Source: a virus. From it: a stretch of DNA of 64,000 nucleotides. The stretch covers positions 10,821-74,820 of IMG/VR virus record IMGVR_UViG_3300032174_000075; one strand, 5' to 3'. Positions 50,217 to 60,697 of this stretch are shown piece after piece. Position numbers and translations under genes: made by a program. Positions within the stretch are counted from its first letter, which is position 1; each line of letters starts with the position of its first letter. The notes under the pieces were generated by a model. That model worked only from the letters and a program-made list of their open reading frames with translations, made no database searches and was not told the DNA's origin.

Positions 50217-51520
50217 GCCGTCCTCCTATGGAGTTTGCTGTTCGTCGCTATGCCGTCTTGGAATCTAGTTTTTCCATCCTTGCCGCCTCTACCTCCGCAA
50301 AGCAGCGCAGAATCTTCAGCAGTTCGACGGCATAGATGCGCTCGGGCCCGGTCTCGCTGCGCTTGATCTCCCCAGCCTCATCGGCGATCCTGATGGCGCG
50401 GGCAGATTCGCGGAGTTGGGCGAGGAGGGGTTCGAGAGTGTGTAGGATGGCAATTAATTTACCCCTGTCACAGTGAGCCTTGAACCCGTCCGGATCAAAG
50501 AAGGATGCTGCGGTCGTGTTCTCGTCATCATCATAGATGACGTGACGTGCCTCGATTTCCAACAAATCAAGGCCAGCTGTGGTCAGTCTACCAAACTCTT
50601 CCGCCGCGAGAAGGGTGCGGATCGCAGCAGCGGCACGTCGGGCGAGCGGATCGCCAGGCGACAGGTCCAAGCCCATGCGGCCTTCTGCATCAAGATCGCG
50701 CAGCAGCGATTCCAAATCTAGCGCGTCAGTAGAGGCGGTCATGACTCGCCCCTCTCCGCGACGCTGTAAAACTCTCTGACGATCTGAAGCGAGCTTTGTA
50801 GGTTTTGCCCGCGTTCGCAGGCTTTGTAGCCCAACTCAAACACAAGCTCGATAGTCGCCATTTGGCTTCTGGTGACTAGGGGCTTAGCGCTATCTCTTGT
50901 GGGAGCGCTCATCCCTCTACCTCATCCGGGTTGGCAGGCGCAGGCTCGGTAGCCTTCTCATTGACGACTCTCACCTGGACCTCATACTTCGTGCCGTTGA
51001 AGTCGGTGAACAGCATCGCATAGCGGCAGTCTCCAACCGTCTCTATAGCGCCGACGCTGGTAAAGACCTTCTCCGTGTCGCCAGGAAGAACCGCGCGCTT
51101 GATGAGCGAGGCTAGATAGGCTGGGTAGACGAGCGTTCGCGGTGCCGTAACAGCGCGGAGCATGTTGTTTATCTCGGCCACGAGGTCAAACATTGTGACC
51201 GCCGCGAGCAAGCGCACGAGCGCGGGTTAGGGCCGCTGCGTAGGTTGGCATCCCTAAGTGGGCTGTGTGAGATATCGCGCGGTAGTCGGCCTTCACCGTA
51301 TCGCAAGCGTGGATAAAGTGGAGAGGCTTCCCCGCTATCGCAGATGCAAAGCGACAGATCAGACAGTCCTTAGAGCTTAGCGGGTCATATGCCGTGCTCG
51401 CGTCTTGCGTCTCCAACCAAGCGATCAGCCCATGCAGATCGGGCGTGAACTTGCGCGCTGGCGCATCGGTTGTGGGCATTTCGATTGGGAGGCGGGATTT
51501 GAGGAACATGGTGCGATCTC

Positions 51521-52432
51521 CTAATCAGTCCAACTGACCGTACCGACAGGCGTTGTCCCGTTCGCTTCGTGCTGCGCCATTTCTTCGATGTAGGCGAGCG
51601 CCCAATCATCCGGGATCGCGCCGTAGTTCTGCTGCGGCCAGCCAGGATGCGACATGTCGTGGATCAAAGAGGCCGCTCCAGCAAAACCGTATTTGTCTTT
51701 CAGCTTCCATCCGGCGGCACCAGCCATGTTCACGAGATGGCCAGCCGTGCACATTGGCGTGTTGCAGATATTCGGCTCCGGCGTCGGGCGTTCTGGCCCG
51801 AAGGTCGATTGCTTGAATGCCCGCTTCTTCGCTTGAATGTCAGCCAGAAGATGCGTGTAGGGTTTTTCGAGGACAGGGATATCTCCGAACGCCGCTCTCA
51901 GGGCGCTCGGGGTCCAGCCCGCCGCGATCAGGGCGCTCGGGGTCCAGCCCGCCGCTCTCAGGGCGCTCGGGGTCCAGCCCGCCGCTCTCAGGGCGCTCGG
52001 GGTCCAGCCCGCCGCTCTCAGGGCGCTCGGGGTCCAGCCCGCCGCGATCAGGGCGCTCGGGGTCCAGCCCGCCGCGATCAGGGCGCTCGGGGTCCAGCCC
52101 GCCGCTCTCAGGGCGCTCGGGGTCCAGCCCGCCGCGATCAGGGCGGAGAATTGGCGGCTCGCCATCAAAGCCAATTCGTGCCGTGTAAATTCCTTCGCCA
52201 TTGTCATTCCTCTCTCGCCTGAGTGGGCGGGGGGGGGGTAGGCTAGAACGTCGTTGTCGTTATATTTTCCGGCTGGGCATGTCGTGAAGAAATGCTCCTC
52301 GACGCCACGCCTCATAACTGCCATGTTGACAATCGCGTCGGCGTTCTGCTCGCTCTTGTTTCTTTCAAGAACGCGGACGTGATGCGGCGCCCTGATCTCC
52401 ACTTCGATCACGTCAACCATGGACATCTTCAT
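51521..52432 (-). CDS. Repeat-containing protein (probable second start at 52207)
   Basis: AAGWTPSAL(R/I) repeats; internal GAGG RBS before ATG at 52207. Confidence 0.65.
   Translation of the reverse strand: MKMSMVDVIEVEIRAPHHVRVLERNKSEQNADAIVNMAVMRRGVEEHFFTTCPAGKYNDNDVLAYPPPAHSGERGMTMAKEFTRHELALMASRQFSALIAAGWTPSALRAAGWTPSALIAAGWTPSALIAAGWTPSALRAAGWTPSALRAAGWTPSALRAAGWTPSALIAAGWTPSALRAAFGDIPVLEKPYTHLLADIQAKKRAFKQSTFGPERPTPEPNICNTPMCTAGHLVNMAGAAGWKLKDKYGFAGAASLIHDMSHPGWPQQNYGAIPDDWALAYIEEMAQHEANGTTPVGTVSWTD
51891..52145. repeat. 30-bp coding tandem repeat, 8.5 units
   Basis: GCCGC(TC/GA)TCAGGGCGCTCGGGGTCCAGCCC with no spacers. Confidence 0.98.
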
Positions 52433-52526
52433 CTCCTCAGAAACTGTCTCCGCCGACCTGGGCTCTCTCGGGGGCTGTCGAAGGGGCTAGGGATATCCGA
52501 GAGGACCCAGGCCGGGGAGTGAGGGG

Positions 52527-52607
52527 AAGGTAGACGGGGCTATTTCGGTTGTCAAGCATGTTAATCTGATAAAAGCGCTTGACCGATACAATTTCTTTCG
52601 GTAAGCA
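52527..52607. promoter_or_regulatory. Main divergent early promoters
   Basis: - strand TTGACA-N17-TACCTT; + strand TTGACC-N17-TAAGCA; at the strand switch. Confidence 0.7.
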
Positions 52608-52614
52608 GAATTTT

Positions 52615-52824
52615 ATGCCAATCAAACATTCTGACCCGCCGCCTCCGCGCCGTCCGAACTACTCCAAGCAGGTGTTCGATATGAAGGTGGGGGCAACCCT
52701 TCTATTCGACGGTGCAAAGCCACGAAGCATCCAAGCTATCTGTTCACGCATCGGGGCTGACGAAGAACGCAAATACGTCACCGAAAAGCAGAATGGTGGC
52801 GTGCGCGTGTGGAGGCTCGAATGA
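52615..52824 (+). CDS. Small DNA-binding protein, probably leaderless
   Basis: MKVG...GVRVWRL; ATG 7 nt after the -10 box, no SD. Confidence 0.7.
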   Translation: MPIKHSDPPPPRRPNYSKQVFDMKVGATLLFDGAKPRSIQAICSRIGADEERKYVTEKQNGGVRVWRLE

Positions 52825-53273
52825 GCGTTCCCTACGCTGGCGCTATGAGCGGCGGTAAGGCTCGTGACGAAATCACCCGGCTCCTGCAACGGTTCGGGTG
52901 CGAGTCTGTCGGATTCATGGATGACTTCGCCGAGCGTTCGGTTTTGCTCGCCTTCGTGCATCGCGGGCGTCCGATACAACTCCGCGCTTCTGCTAAGGGC
53001 TGGGCGCAAATGTACCTCAAGGAGCATCCATATACGCACCGGATGAGAAAGTCCCGCCCCGAGCACGAACAGGATGCGCTCGCGCAAGGCACCATCGCCA
53101 TTAATTCAGTCCTCCGGGATTGGGTGAAGGGCCAATTGACCGCCGTGGAAACGGGGATTCTCTCGTTTGAGGCCGTCTTCATGCCCTTCATGGTCACAAG
53201 CGACGGCCGTCCATTGATTGACCGCCTCGCTGAAACCAATTTACTCCCCGCCACTACAGAAGGTGCGCCATGA
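52821..53273 (+). CDS. Conserved phage hypothetical protein
   Basis: EI..LL.RFG and DWVKGQL.AVE.G...FE.VF. Confidence 0.7.
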   Translation: MSVPYAGAMSGGKARDEITRLLQRFGCESVGFMDDFAERSVLLAFVHRGRPIQLRASAKGWAQMYLKEHPYTHRMRKSRPEHEQDALAQGTIAINSVLRDWVKGQLTAVETGILSFEAVFMPFMVTSDGRPLIDRLAETNLLPATTEGAP

Positions 53274-53457
53274 CCATCATCGCCTCTCACGCCGACTACC
53301 GCCCCGAGGATTTTGCATTTCCCCGCACCCAGGGCCGCTACAGCGGGAAGCTTGAGAAGTCTGCGCCGCCGATACGGCTCGATGTTCTCGGGATGATTCT
53401 CGCTCTATGCGACGCTGCGGTTTCTGCGGTCAGTGCATGGGTGCTGAGGGTGGCGAG

Positions 53458-53682
53458 ATGAACAAGTGGAGGCCAATCAAATCCGCGCCAAAGGACGGAA
53501 CTCATATTCTTCTGAGTGGACGCGTGTTGCCAGAGGACGACATTCTCGTCGTCTTGGGCTTATACGTCAAAGGTAACCACAACAAATGGAACTTCTACAA
53601 CCACTTCGATGAGAGTTGGGATGCCTTCCTGAACGAGCGCCCGCCAACGCATTGGATTCCTTTGCCAAAGGCCCCAAAATGA
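53458..53682 (+). CDS. DUF551-like protein
   Basis: WRPIKSAPKDGT...PTHWIPLP. Confidence 0.8.
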   Translation: MNKWRPIKSAPKDGTHILLSGRVLPEDDILVVLGLYVKGNHNKWNFYNHFDESWDAFLNERPPTHWIPLPKAPK

Positions 53683-53903
53683 GCGAGTGGCAGGACATTT
53701 CGACGGCGCCTAAGGACGGGACGCGCATCCTCGGCTATGACGGCTTTGATATTGTCATCATGGAATGGTGGGCTCCTGATCTTGATGATTTCGAGGACGA
53801 TGATCCTCCGCCAACGCCAAGTTGGTGCTCATACTCAAGCGAAGGCGACGAGTTCATTGAGCGCCCCACACACTGGATGTCGCTTCCTGAGCCGCCCAAA
53901 TGA
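53679..53903 (+). CDS. DUF551-like protein (tandem paralogue)
   Basis: WQDISTAPKDGT...PTHWMSLPEPP. Confidence 0.8.
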   Translation: MSEWQDISTAPKDGTRILGYDGFDIVIMEWWAPDLDDFEDDDPPPTPSWCSYSSEGDEFIERPTHWMSLPEPPK

Positions 53904-54314
53904 CCCGCATCCTCCTCTACCTCATCGCCACCTCTCTCCTCCTAATAGCTCTAGGATGGATTGGCGTGAATGCTTTGTTTCGTGAGACTGACGACCCCGA
54001 CTACAGAACCGAAAAGGACTTGCCATGACGAAGCCTCGCTCGCCCAAAATCGACTGCCTCGAATGCCGCTTTCATGGCGTGATTCGCGTGCCGATTTCAG
54101 TATTCACTTCCGAAGGCCTCGACGCAGCGAACAAGCGTCTCGAAGCCATCGTCTCTCAAATCTCCAAAGTCGCGCTCGACGGCTCGACATACGAGATTAC
54201 GTTCGTCGCCGCAAAGCCGGGCAAGATGGACGCTCCCAAGCCTGCGCCGGCAGTGGGCGAAATACCGCCCGAGATGGACAGGCGCGCCTGATTGGCGAGG
54301 TAGGAGTGTAGTCT

Positions 54315-54887
54315 TTGAATGCTGGCATGTCCAAAGGTGAACGCACAGAACTCGGGCAGTTGATCCGAAAACAAGAGCGCGTGATGAAGGCGGCTGCATC
54401 GGAGCGCAGTGCAAAGCTCATGGCCGAGTTCGAACAGCAAATGGATGAAACGTTTTCGTTTAACGATGACGCGATTTGGAAGCAGGCGGTTGACGCGGCG
54501 AAAGAAGTAATGGCGCAGGCAAACCGAGATATCGCCGCACGCAGCACTGCGCTTGGTATTCCTCCAGAGTTCGCGCCGAGTCTTTCCTTTTGGTGGAACG
54601 ACAAGGGGCAGAACGCAGTAAAGTCGAGGCGCGAAGAATTGCGCCGCATCGCCAAGCGCAAGATCGAAGCGAGCGAGACTGAGGCGCGCACGAAGATTGA
54701 GGCGATGAGTCTTTCCGCGCAAACCGAAGTGATTGCCCACGGCATGAAATCGGAAGCCGCTCGTGTGTTCCTCGAAAGAATGCCGTCGCTCGACTCACTC
54801 ATGCCGAGCGTCACACAAGCGGACATATCGGCGCTGTTGCCGGTGAGCAGAATGGGAAGCCAGATGCTTCTCGGAACAGACAGCTAA
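54315..54887 (+). CDS. Helical hypothetical protein
   Basis: 190-aa ORF with AGGAG RBS. Confidence 0.6.
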   Translation: MNAGMSKGERTELGQLIRKQERVMKAAASERSAKLMAEFEQQMDETFSFNDDAIWKQAVDAAKEVMAQANRDIAARSTALGIPPEFAPSLSFWWNDKGQNAVKSRREELRRIAKRKIEASETEARTKIEAMSLSAQTEVIAHGMKSEAARVFLERMPSLDSLMPSVTQADISALLPVSRMGSQMLLGTDS

Positions 54888-55241
54888 AGCCATGCGCCAG
54901 AAACTCTACGGCGGCTTCGTCAACGGAAAGCTGCACACTTGGACGGAGGCGTGGACCGAGGCCAAGGGCCACAAAGAGTATACCCACCGCCGCACCGCTG
55001 TTTTCTCCCGCCGCGCAGATGCCAAGCGCGAATATGAGGACGTTCGCGAGCTTAGGGTGACAGCCGCATGACCAAGCGCTGGATCACGACCAAAGAGAAC
55101 CGCCGCACGCGCAAATACAAGGCGCTACACGCTCAATTGCGCGAGGAAGTCTATGGCACTCCAGCGCCTGTAGAAGACAAGCGCGACCGCAAGCAAAGCC
55201 GCTCCGCCAGTTTCCGCAGACAGGGAGACGTGGGGTAGGGG

Positions 55242-55673
55242 ATGGGCTGTAGTCGCGTTCATAATTGGAATGACGCTCGGATCGAAAAGCTCAAAGAGCT
55301 ATTCGCTGATGGCCTGTCGTTCTCGCAAATTGCTCGGGCTTTAGGTGGTGTCACGCGGAACGCATGCATCGGGAAAGTTAGACGCCTTGGCCTGGGTGGC
55401 GACAGAAAGAAGCCTGAGAGAGTTCGCCCGCGCGCAAACTTCGAGCCTGCCATGCAACCACGCCCGATCAAGCCTCGCATCATCGAAGGTATCGAGCCTG
55501 AATCTCTCAAACTCTCCATCACTGAGATATCCGACCGCACCTGCAAATGGCCCAGCGACGATTATCCCTATACCTATTGCGGTCACAAGCCTAAGCTCGG
55601 CTCGCCGTATTGCGAGTATCATTTCCAGAAATCGCGCTCGGTTCCGTATGGGCCAAGGGAGAAGACGGCGTGA
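55242..55673 (+). CDS. gcrA: GcrA-like transcriptional regulator
   Basis: W....IEKLK.L..DGLS.SQIA..LGGVTRNACIGK..RLGL; CKWP..CG....GSPYC..H. Confidence 0.9.
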   Translation: MGCSRVHNWNDARIEKLKELFADGLSFSQIARALGGVTRNACIGKVRRLGLGGDRKKPERVRPRANFEPAMQPRPIKPRIIEGIEPESLKLSITEISDRTCKWPSDDYPYTYCGHKPKLGSPYCEYHFQKSRSVPYGPREKTA

Positions 55674-55877
55674 GCATTCTCCTCCTCACCCGCGCCAACG
55701 GCGAGTACAACGTCCGCATTTACCATGGAGACGATGATGCGCGACGTTCTCCGCGCCTCACGACAGAGATAGCGCGCATTCAACTCACCGAAGAGCAAGC
55801 CACGCTATCGCTCGACGAATTGAAGGCCATGGTCGCGGCTGATATGGTGGAAGACGGCTTGTGATAGGAGCGCTAGA

Positions 55878-56288
55878 ATGTTGATCGGGTACGTCACACA
55901 AGTTTGCTGCAATTCTCAGTGCGGGATTGCGTTCGCCGTTCCATCATCTTGGGATGCCCAGAAGCGCAAAGACCACACGAATTTCTATTGTCCGAACGGG
56001 CACTCTCAACATTATACTGAACAGTCTGAAGAAGAAAAGCTGCGCGCTGAACGCGACCGCCTTGCTCAGCGCATTGCCCAACGCGATGACGAAATTAGGC
56101 ATCAACGCGAGCTTCGCGCTGCGGCCGAACGTCAGCTATCAGCAACGCGCGGCGTGGTTACGCGAGTGAAGACCCGTGTCGCCAATGGAGTATGCCCATG
56201 CTGCAAGCGATCCTTCAGCGACCTACGGCAGCACATGGCGACGAAGCATGCCGGTTACGCGGGGCATGATGAAGCCAGAACGGCGTAG
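55878..56288 (+). CDS. Zn-finger coiled-coil protein
   Basis: FYCPNGH and GVCPCCKRSF..L.QHM..KH. Confidence 0.7.
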   Translation: MLIGYVTQVCCNSQCGIAFAVPSSWDAQKRKDHTNFYCPNGHSQHYTEQSEEEKLRAERDRLAQRIAQRDDEIRHQRELRAAAERQLSATRGVVTRVKTRVANGVCPCCKRSFSDLRQHMATKHAGYAGHDEARTA

Positions 56289-56518
56289 GGATTTCTAGAT
56301 GCCCTCCTTCCCCAGCCCCTACACGACCATCTCCGCCACAGTAGATCGCTATGACGCGGACAACGATCAAATGGCGATGCGCCTCACGACAGGTGAGCGG
56401 GTGTTTATACCGTGGGAGGATTTTTCCTGGGCGTCGTGGTTCACCGCCTGGCAGGCCGAGGCCGGCAAGATCGTGAGCCTTAAGGTGCGCGAATCAGCCT
56501 TGGCGCGGAAAGCTTACT

Positions 56519-56875
56519 ATGGCCGAGGGTGAGAGTCTGCCCCCCAGCACTCCGCCGCAGGCTGCGTGGCTCCGAATCGCGGCCGAGGAGGCGCAGCGTT
56601 CCGGCCTGAGGCTGGCTGGCGTCCTGGGTGGCTCTAAACAGCGGCCCTACGTCTATGCCCGCTGGCGGGCTTGGCAGAGGCTTCAGGACGAGTTCCCGAG
56701 GGCGTCTCTCGCTGGCATGGGAAGAACTACCGGCTTCGATCATTCCTCCGTGCGCTGGGGCCTGATGCGGGTGAGCGGCGGTGACCCAGCCCTTGCGGCA
56801 CCACGCATTCGACAGATAGCCCAGTTCCTCCCACGACCGCTTCAACGCCCAATCCCGATTCGCCCGACGCTGTGA
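56519..56875 (+). CDS. DnaA domain IV-like HTH protein
   Basis: AR..AW.....SL..MG....DHSSV. Confidence 0.7.
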   Translation: MAEGESLPPSTPPQAAWLRIAAEEAQRSGLRLAGVLGGSKQRPYVYARWRAWQRLQDEFPRASLAGMGRTTGFDHSSVRWGLMRVSGGDPALAAPRIRQIAQFLPRPLQRPIPIRPTL

Positions 56876-57013
56876 ATTTGCTCTTGCCTTCCGCCCGAAT
56901 CTGCGCATAGTGGGCGCGTCGGTGGCGACGGTCACTGACGCCTAAGCATCGCGCCGGGCTCATGGTGTTCTCCATGCGCCTGGCCCGGCCGATAGCTCAC
57001 ATGGAGTTCGTCA

Positions 57014-57394
57014 ATGTGCATGATCGACGATTGCGACCCGTGCGATGTCTACAGCGCGAAGGTTGTCAAAGCCCGCAAGCCGCATAAGTGCTCCGAATGT
57101 GGGCGTCAAATCAGCCCCGGCGAATCGTACCACTACGCGTTCATGGTACAAGAGGGCCACGGCGATTCGTTCCATACCTGTCAGCACTGTTTTGTCGGCG
57201 CGCAATGGCTGATCACCAATTGCGGCGGGTTCGTCCACTACTCCGTCCTTGAAGAAATTCGCGAGCACGCGAGCGAATATCCGTATCTCTCAGACGGGCT
57301 CGCTGCCCTCGCTGATGGCATGACAAGCCAGTGGAAGAATATGCCGGTGCCGGCAATGCCCGCTCCTATCACTGTTGCGGAGCAATCCCCATGA
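57014..57394 (+). CDS. Zn-binding hypothetical protein
   Basis: KARKPHKCSEC...I.PGE.Y...CQHC. Confidence 0.7.
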   Translation: MCMIDDCDPCDVYSAKVVKARKPHKCSECGRQISPGESYHYAFMVQEGHGDSFHTCQHCFVGAQWLITNCGGFVHYSVLEEIREHASEYPYLSDGLAALADGMTSQWKNMPVPAMPAPITVAEQSP

Positions 57395-57623
57395 CCGCTC
57401 CCGATCCGGCCGCCACTCTTCCTCATTGTCGGCATAGTGACGAAAATTCCTGCGAACAATATCGCTTGCAACGCAAGCGTTGCCAAGATTGTCCACTACT
57501 GCCACCAATAGACGCGCCCCCAATTTACATTACTGGGTTCCTTAACGACATCGCAATGAAGGCGATGCACGGCTGGCGCATGAATGACGGCTCGATATAC
57601 CCGCCCGAGATGGGAATTGGGGC

Positions 57624-58049
57624 ATGAGCGCTGTTCCTTGCAACGGATGCCGAACATGCTGTCGTGATCAGCTTGTGCCATTGCTTGAAGAGGACGAGCC
57701 GAACATCTCTCACTACGACGTTGTGATTCATGAGAATAATGGTCTCATAGTGAAGGCGCTCAGAGAGAAACCGAATGGCGAGTGCGCGCACCTTGGCCCT
57801 GCTGGCTGTGAGATATACGAGCATCGCCCCATCGTCTGCCGCTCCTACGATTGTCGCAAGCAGTTCAAGATCATGTCGCGGAATGAGCGGCGAGGCTTTA
57901 CCAATAGCCAGATTTGGAAAGAGGCTCGCGCTCGGCTTCACACCCTTGATGCAGACGATCTTGCTACATTGCAAAAATACAACGGTTTAGCATCAGACGG
58001 GTTTAAAAAAATGCTGCGGCCTGTCGTTCGGAAGAATGACGCAGCATGA
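57624..58049 (+). CDS. YkgJ/CxxCxxCC-family cysteine-cluster protein
   Basis: CNGCRTCC...C..L...GC.IYE.RP.VCR.YDC. Confidence 0.85.
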   Translation: MSAVPCNGCRTCCRDQLVPLLEEDEPNISHYDVVIHENNGLIVKALREKPNGECAHLGPAGCEIYEHRPIVCRSYDCRKQFKIMSRNERRGFTNSQIWKEARARLHTLDADDLATLQKYNGLASDGFKKMLRPVVRKNDAA

Positions 58050-58054
58050 CTCAC

Positions 58055-58610
58055 CCCCCTTCCCTTCTCTCCCCACACCGCCCGTCTCTAAGACGATTGA
58101 GCGGCCAGGAGGGCTTGGAAGCACAACAGCCGCCCATCTTTGAGAAGACAAGCGGCTGTGTTGCGTGCGTTCGGTTGAACGAGCAGAGGAGCCATGACAA
58201 GCCCCTCGGCTATACCGCATATAGCGGTCGCTTTCAACCCCGCGCGCAATCCCATGTGTTCTCAACGGGAATGCTTGGCCTCTTTGCCGGGATAATCGCT
58301 GGGGGAACTTCCTCGTAAGCCTGGCCGCCGTGCTCGCGCCGCGAGGTGTCAGCACACAGACCAGAAACCCGAGACTTCCGCCCCCCCGACTGGGTCCGTG
58401 CCCTGAGGGATATACCTGCCTGTAAAACCCCCTGATCCGGTCTCGGAAGGGGAGGCGATTGGGCCACGATACGGTCGGCAGAGAAAACAGCGGTTTGAAA
58501 GCGGGTCGAAGGGCTTTGAGGGGTAATTTTATTGCTCTTAGTCCTTTTTGGAGTGCCGTCATCCAAACCTCGGGCAACCCAAGTCCCCAGGGGAGGAAGA
58601 CGGAAGTAAC
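58055..58610 (+). ncRNA. Putative large structured RNA (~550 nt)
   Basis: More than 12 nested helices with G-U pairs and GNRA loops on +; see findings. Confidence 0.6.
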
Positions 58611-58746
58611 TTCATTCCGCGCCTATCCCCCCTCGACAAGTACGCGGGAAACCGCGATTTCGGGGGGTTAGGTGTACACTCCCTCCCCTCACTGGGTCAC
58701 GCGTGTTAGCAAGGCAGGGCTTAGCTACTCTTACATAGAGCGGCCC

Positions 58747-59808
58747 ATGCCCTGGATCGAGCCAGAGTATCTAAACTGTAGCGTCTATCTCTATCCCTCA
58801 GAAGCCGAGGCAGAAGAAGGCAAAAGGATCGGCGGAAGCGGATTCTTGATCAGCATTACGCTTGCGCAGGATCACCAGCACGGCGGCTGGGTCTCTCAGC
58901 AAATGGTCTGCGTCGTTACAAACAAGCATGTGGCTGACGCCGGCAATAAAGTGGTTCGCGTAAATACCAAGAGTGGCGGCAAGGACACCATCGCCCTTGA
59001 TCACGCTATCTGGTATGACCATTCTGAAGCTGACTTGACGTTGTGCCCAATTGGCTTGGACGTTGAACATCAATTTTCCTGCGTCTCGACCGACGCCCTC
59101 ATAACTGAGAAAATTATTTCTGCCTTCGATATTGGCCCTGGCGATGAGACATTTATGGTCGGGCGGTTTGTCAATCACGAAGGCCGTCAGCGAAATACGC
59201 CAAGCCTGAGATTCGGCAATATCGCCCAAATGCCATTCGAGCCTATTAAAATGAATGGGCTCCCGCCGCAGGATGCTTTCTTGGTAGAGACGCGCTCTAT
59301 CGCTGGGTACAGCGGGTCTCCAGTCTTTGTATATCTCCCGCCGCAGCCCGACTTATCGAAATACCCTACGGTGCATGCCGCTGTCCTAAAAGGTGAAATG
59401 AAAATACCGGGGATCAACCCAAAGCGAATGGCATTCGACGTTCGGTTGGGGCCATGGGTGCTTGGAATAGATTTCTGCCATATCCACGACAAAGAACCGG
59501 TGCTGAGTAGAATCACCGAAACCCCAGTTTCCCCGGAATGGTACGTCAAATCGAACACTGGAATGGCCGGCGTTATCCCCGCATGGAAAATATTCGAAAT
59601 CCTCAATGGAGATGACATGCGCAAAGTCGTTGGAACCGCGATAAAGATCGCGAGAGAAAGGCTTAGACCTTCTGGCGGCGCTACTCTCGACGTGGCGCGC
59701 GACGAGCCCAAATCTGATCAGAATGGCCCTAACCCCGACCACAAAGAGGATTTCATGCGTCTTCTAGGCGCGGCAGCGAAAGCGAAACCATCAACCGATC
59801 AAACATAG
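58747..59808 (+). CDS. IS passenger: trypsin-like serine protease
   Basis: GSGF, VTNKHV, ADL and GYSGSPV triad motifs. Confidence 0.88.
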   Translation: MPWIEPEYLNCSVYLYPSEAEAEEGKRIGGSGFLISITLAQDHQHGGWVSQQMVCVVTNKHVADAGNKVVRVNTKSGGKDTIALDHAIWYDHSEADLTLCPIGLDVEHQFSCVSTDALITEKIISAFDIGPGDETFMVGRFVNHEGRQRNTPSLRFGNIAQMPFEPIKMNGLPPQDAFLVETRSIAGYSGSPVFVYLPPQPDLSKYPTVHAAVLKGEMKIPGINPKRMAFDVRLGPWVLGIDFCHIHDKEPVLSRITETPVSPEWYVKSNTGMAGVIPAWKIFEILNGDDMRKVVGTAIKIARERLRPSGGATLDVARDEPKSDQNGPNPDHKEDFMRLLGAAAKAKPSTDQT

Positions 59809-60643
59809 AGCGATGACAGTGCCGATTGTTGCGACGATACGAGAACTCGCTGACGTATTTCCAAAGATGCTTTTGGGAAACGTGAATGTGTGTCCCTTTG
59901 ATCGACCGCTTCAATTGCGACCAATGCCCTTCAATGCCGTTCGTGTGGTGGATACCGTCAACCCATTCATCTTTGCTGTGGTTGACCGTGCCGTGCGGGT
60001 AGCCCATCGGTCCAAGGTTCACGTATCCGGGCCATTCGTCCGTGCTGACGACCGCGCCCTTCGCAACGTTCCTCACAACGGCGCGCTCAAGGACATGCTG
60101 ACGGCGGTTCGGGATTGGGCCAGCGACCACGCGACCGTCACGCTGCAACATGCCAAGCAGTGTCGTCTTGTTTTCCATCGCGTTCTCTCTGCCGCGTCCG
60201 GTGTTGCGACCGCCCATCAGCGTTTCGTCAATCTCGACGTGACCGGAAAGCGGGCCAGCCCCGTGCGTGTCTGCATTCGCCATGAGCTTGCGAAGCTCGT
60301 GCGCCATGCGCCACGCCGTCTTGTAGGTGCAGCCGATCTGCCGCTCCAATTCCTTCGCCGCGACGCCGTGACGGGTAGAGGTCATGAGGTACATCGCGAA
60401 GAACCAATTCGTCAGCTTCGTGCTCGACTTGTGAAAGATCGTCCCGGCGCACGGGTAGATATGGTGCCCGCATTCCTGGCAGGCGAACGCCTTGCGGGTG
60501 TTCATGGCGTGAAACTGCGCCTCCGCCACGCCACAGCCCGGACAGGTGATCTTCGTCCCGCCATGCTGGATGTTCATGAGCGCCAGAAGGCAGGCGGCGT
60601 CGTCCGGGAACTGGGCTTGGAACTGCTTGAAAGTATATTTCAT
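59753..60643 (-). CDS. IS1595-family (ISXO2-like) DDE transposase
   Basis: CPGCG/CQECG Zn ribbon; VEIDET / STDEW / TNGIEGHW. Confidence 0.95.
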   Translation of the reverse strand: MKYTFKQFQAQFPDDAACLLALMNIQHGGTKITCPGCGVAEAQFHAMNTRKAFACQECGHHIYPCAGTIFHKSSTKLTNWFFAMYLMTSTRHGVAAKELERQIGCTYKTAWRMAHELRKLMANADTHGAGPLSGHVEIDETLMGGRNTGRGRENAMENKTTLLGMLQRDGRVVAGPIPNRRQHVLERAVVRNVAKGAVVSTDEWPGYVNLGPMGYPHGTVNHSKDEWVDGIHHTNGIEGHWSQLKRSIKGTHIHVSQKHLWKYVSEFSYRRNNRHCHRSMFDRLMVSLSLPRLEDA

Positions 60644-60668
60644 GGCGGCAACCCTCGGTTATGGGGAG

Positions 60669-60697
60669 AGTATGCCCGATGACTTACTTGCTGTCAA
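60669..60697 (-). promoter_or_regulatory. Transposase promoter adjoining the TIR
   Basis: TTGACA-N17-CATACT. Confidence 0.7.

Noticed and set aside
51891-52145. CRISPR or guide array
   Set aside because: Units are contiguous with no unique spacers, in frame within a CDS, and no cas genes are present
58160-58610. Group II intron (GTGCG at 58165) or RNase P RNA
   Set aside because: No domain V, no RT ORF, no interrupted gene and no GAGGAAAGTCC core
58046-58671. ORFs 58046-58318, 58459-58671, 57993-58577 and 58234-58566 as real genes
   Set aside because: No recognisable motifs or clear RBS; the region is better explained by RNA structure, though not formally excluded
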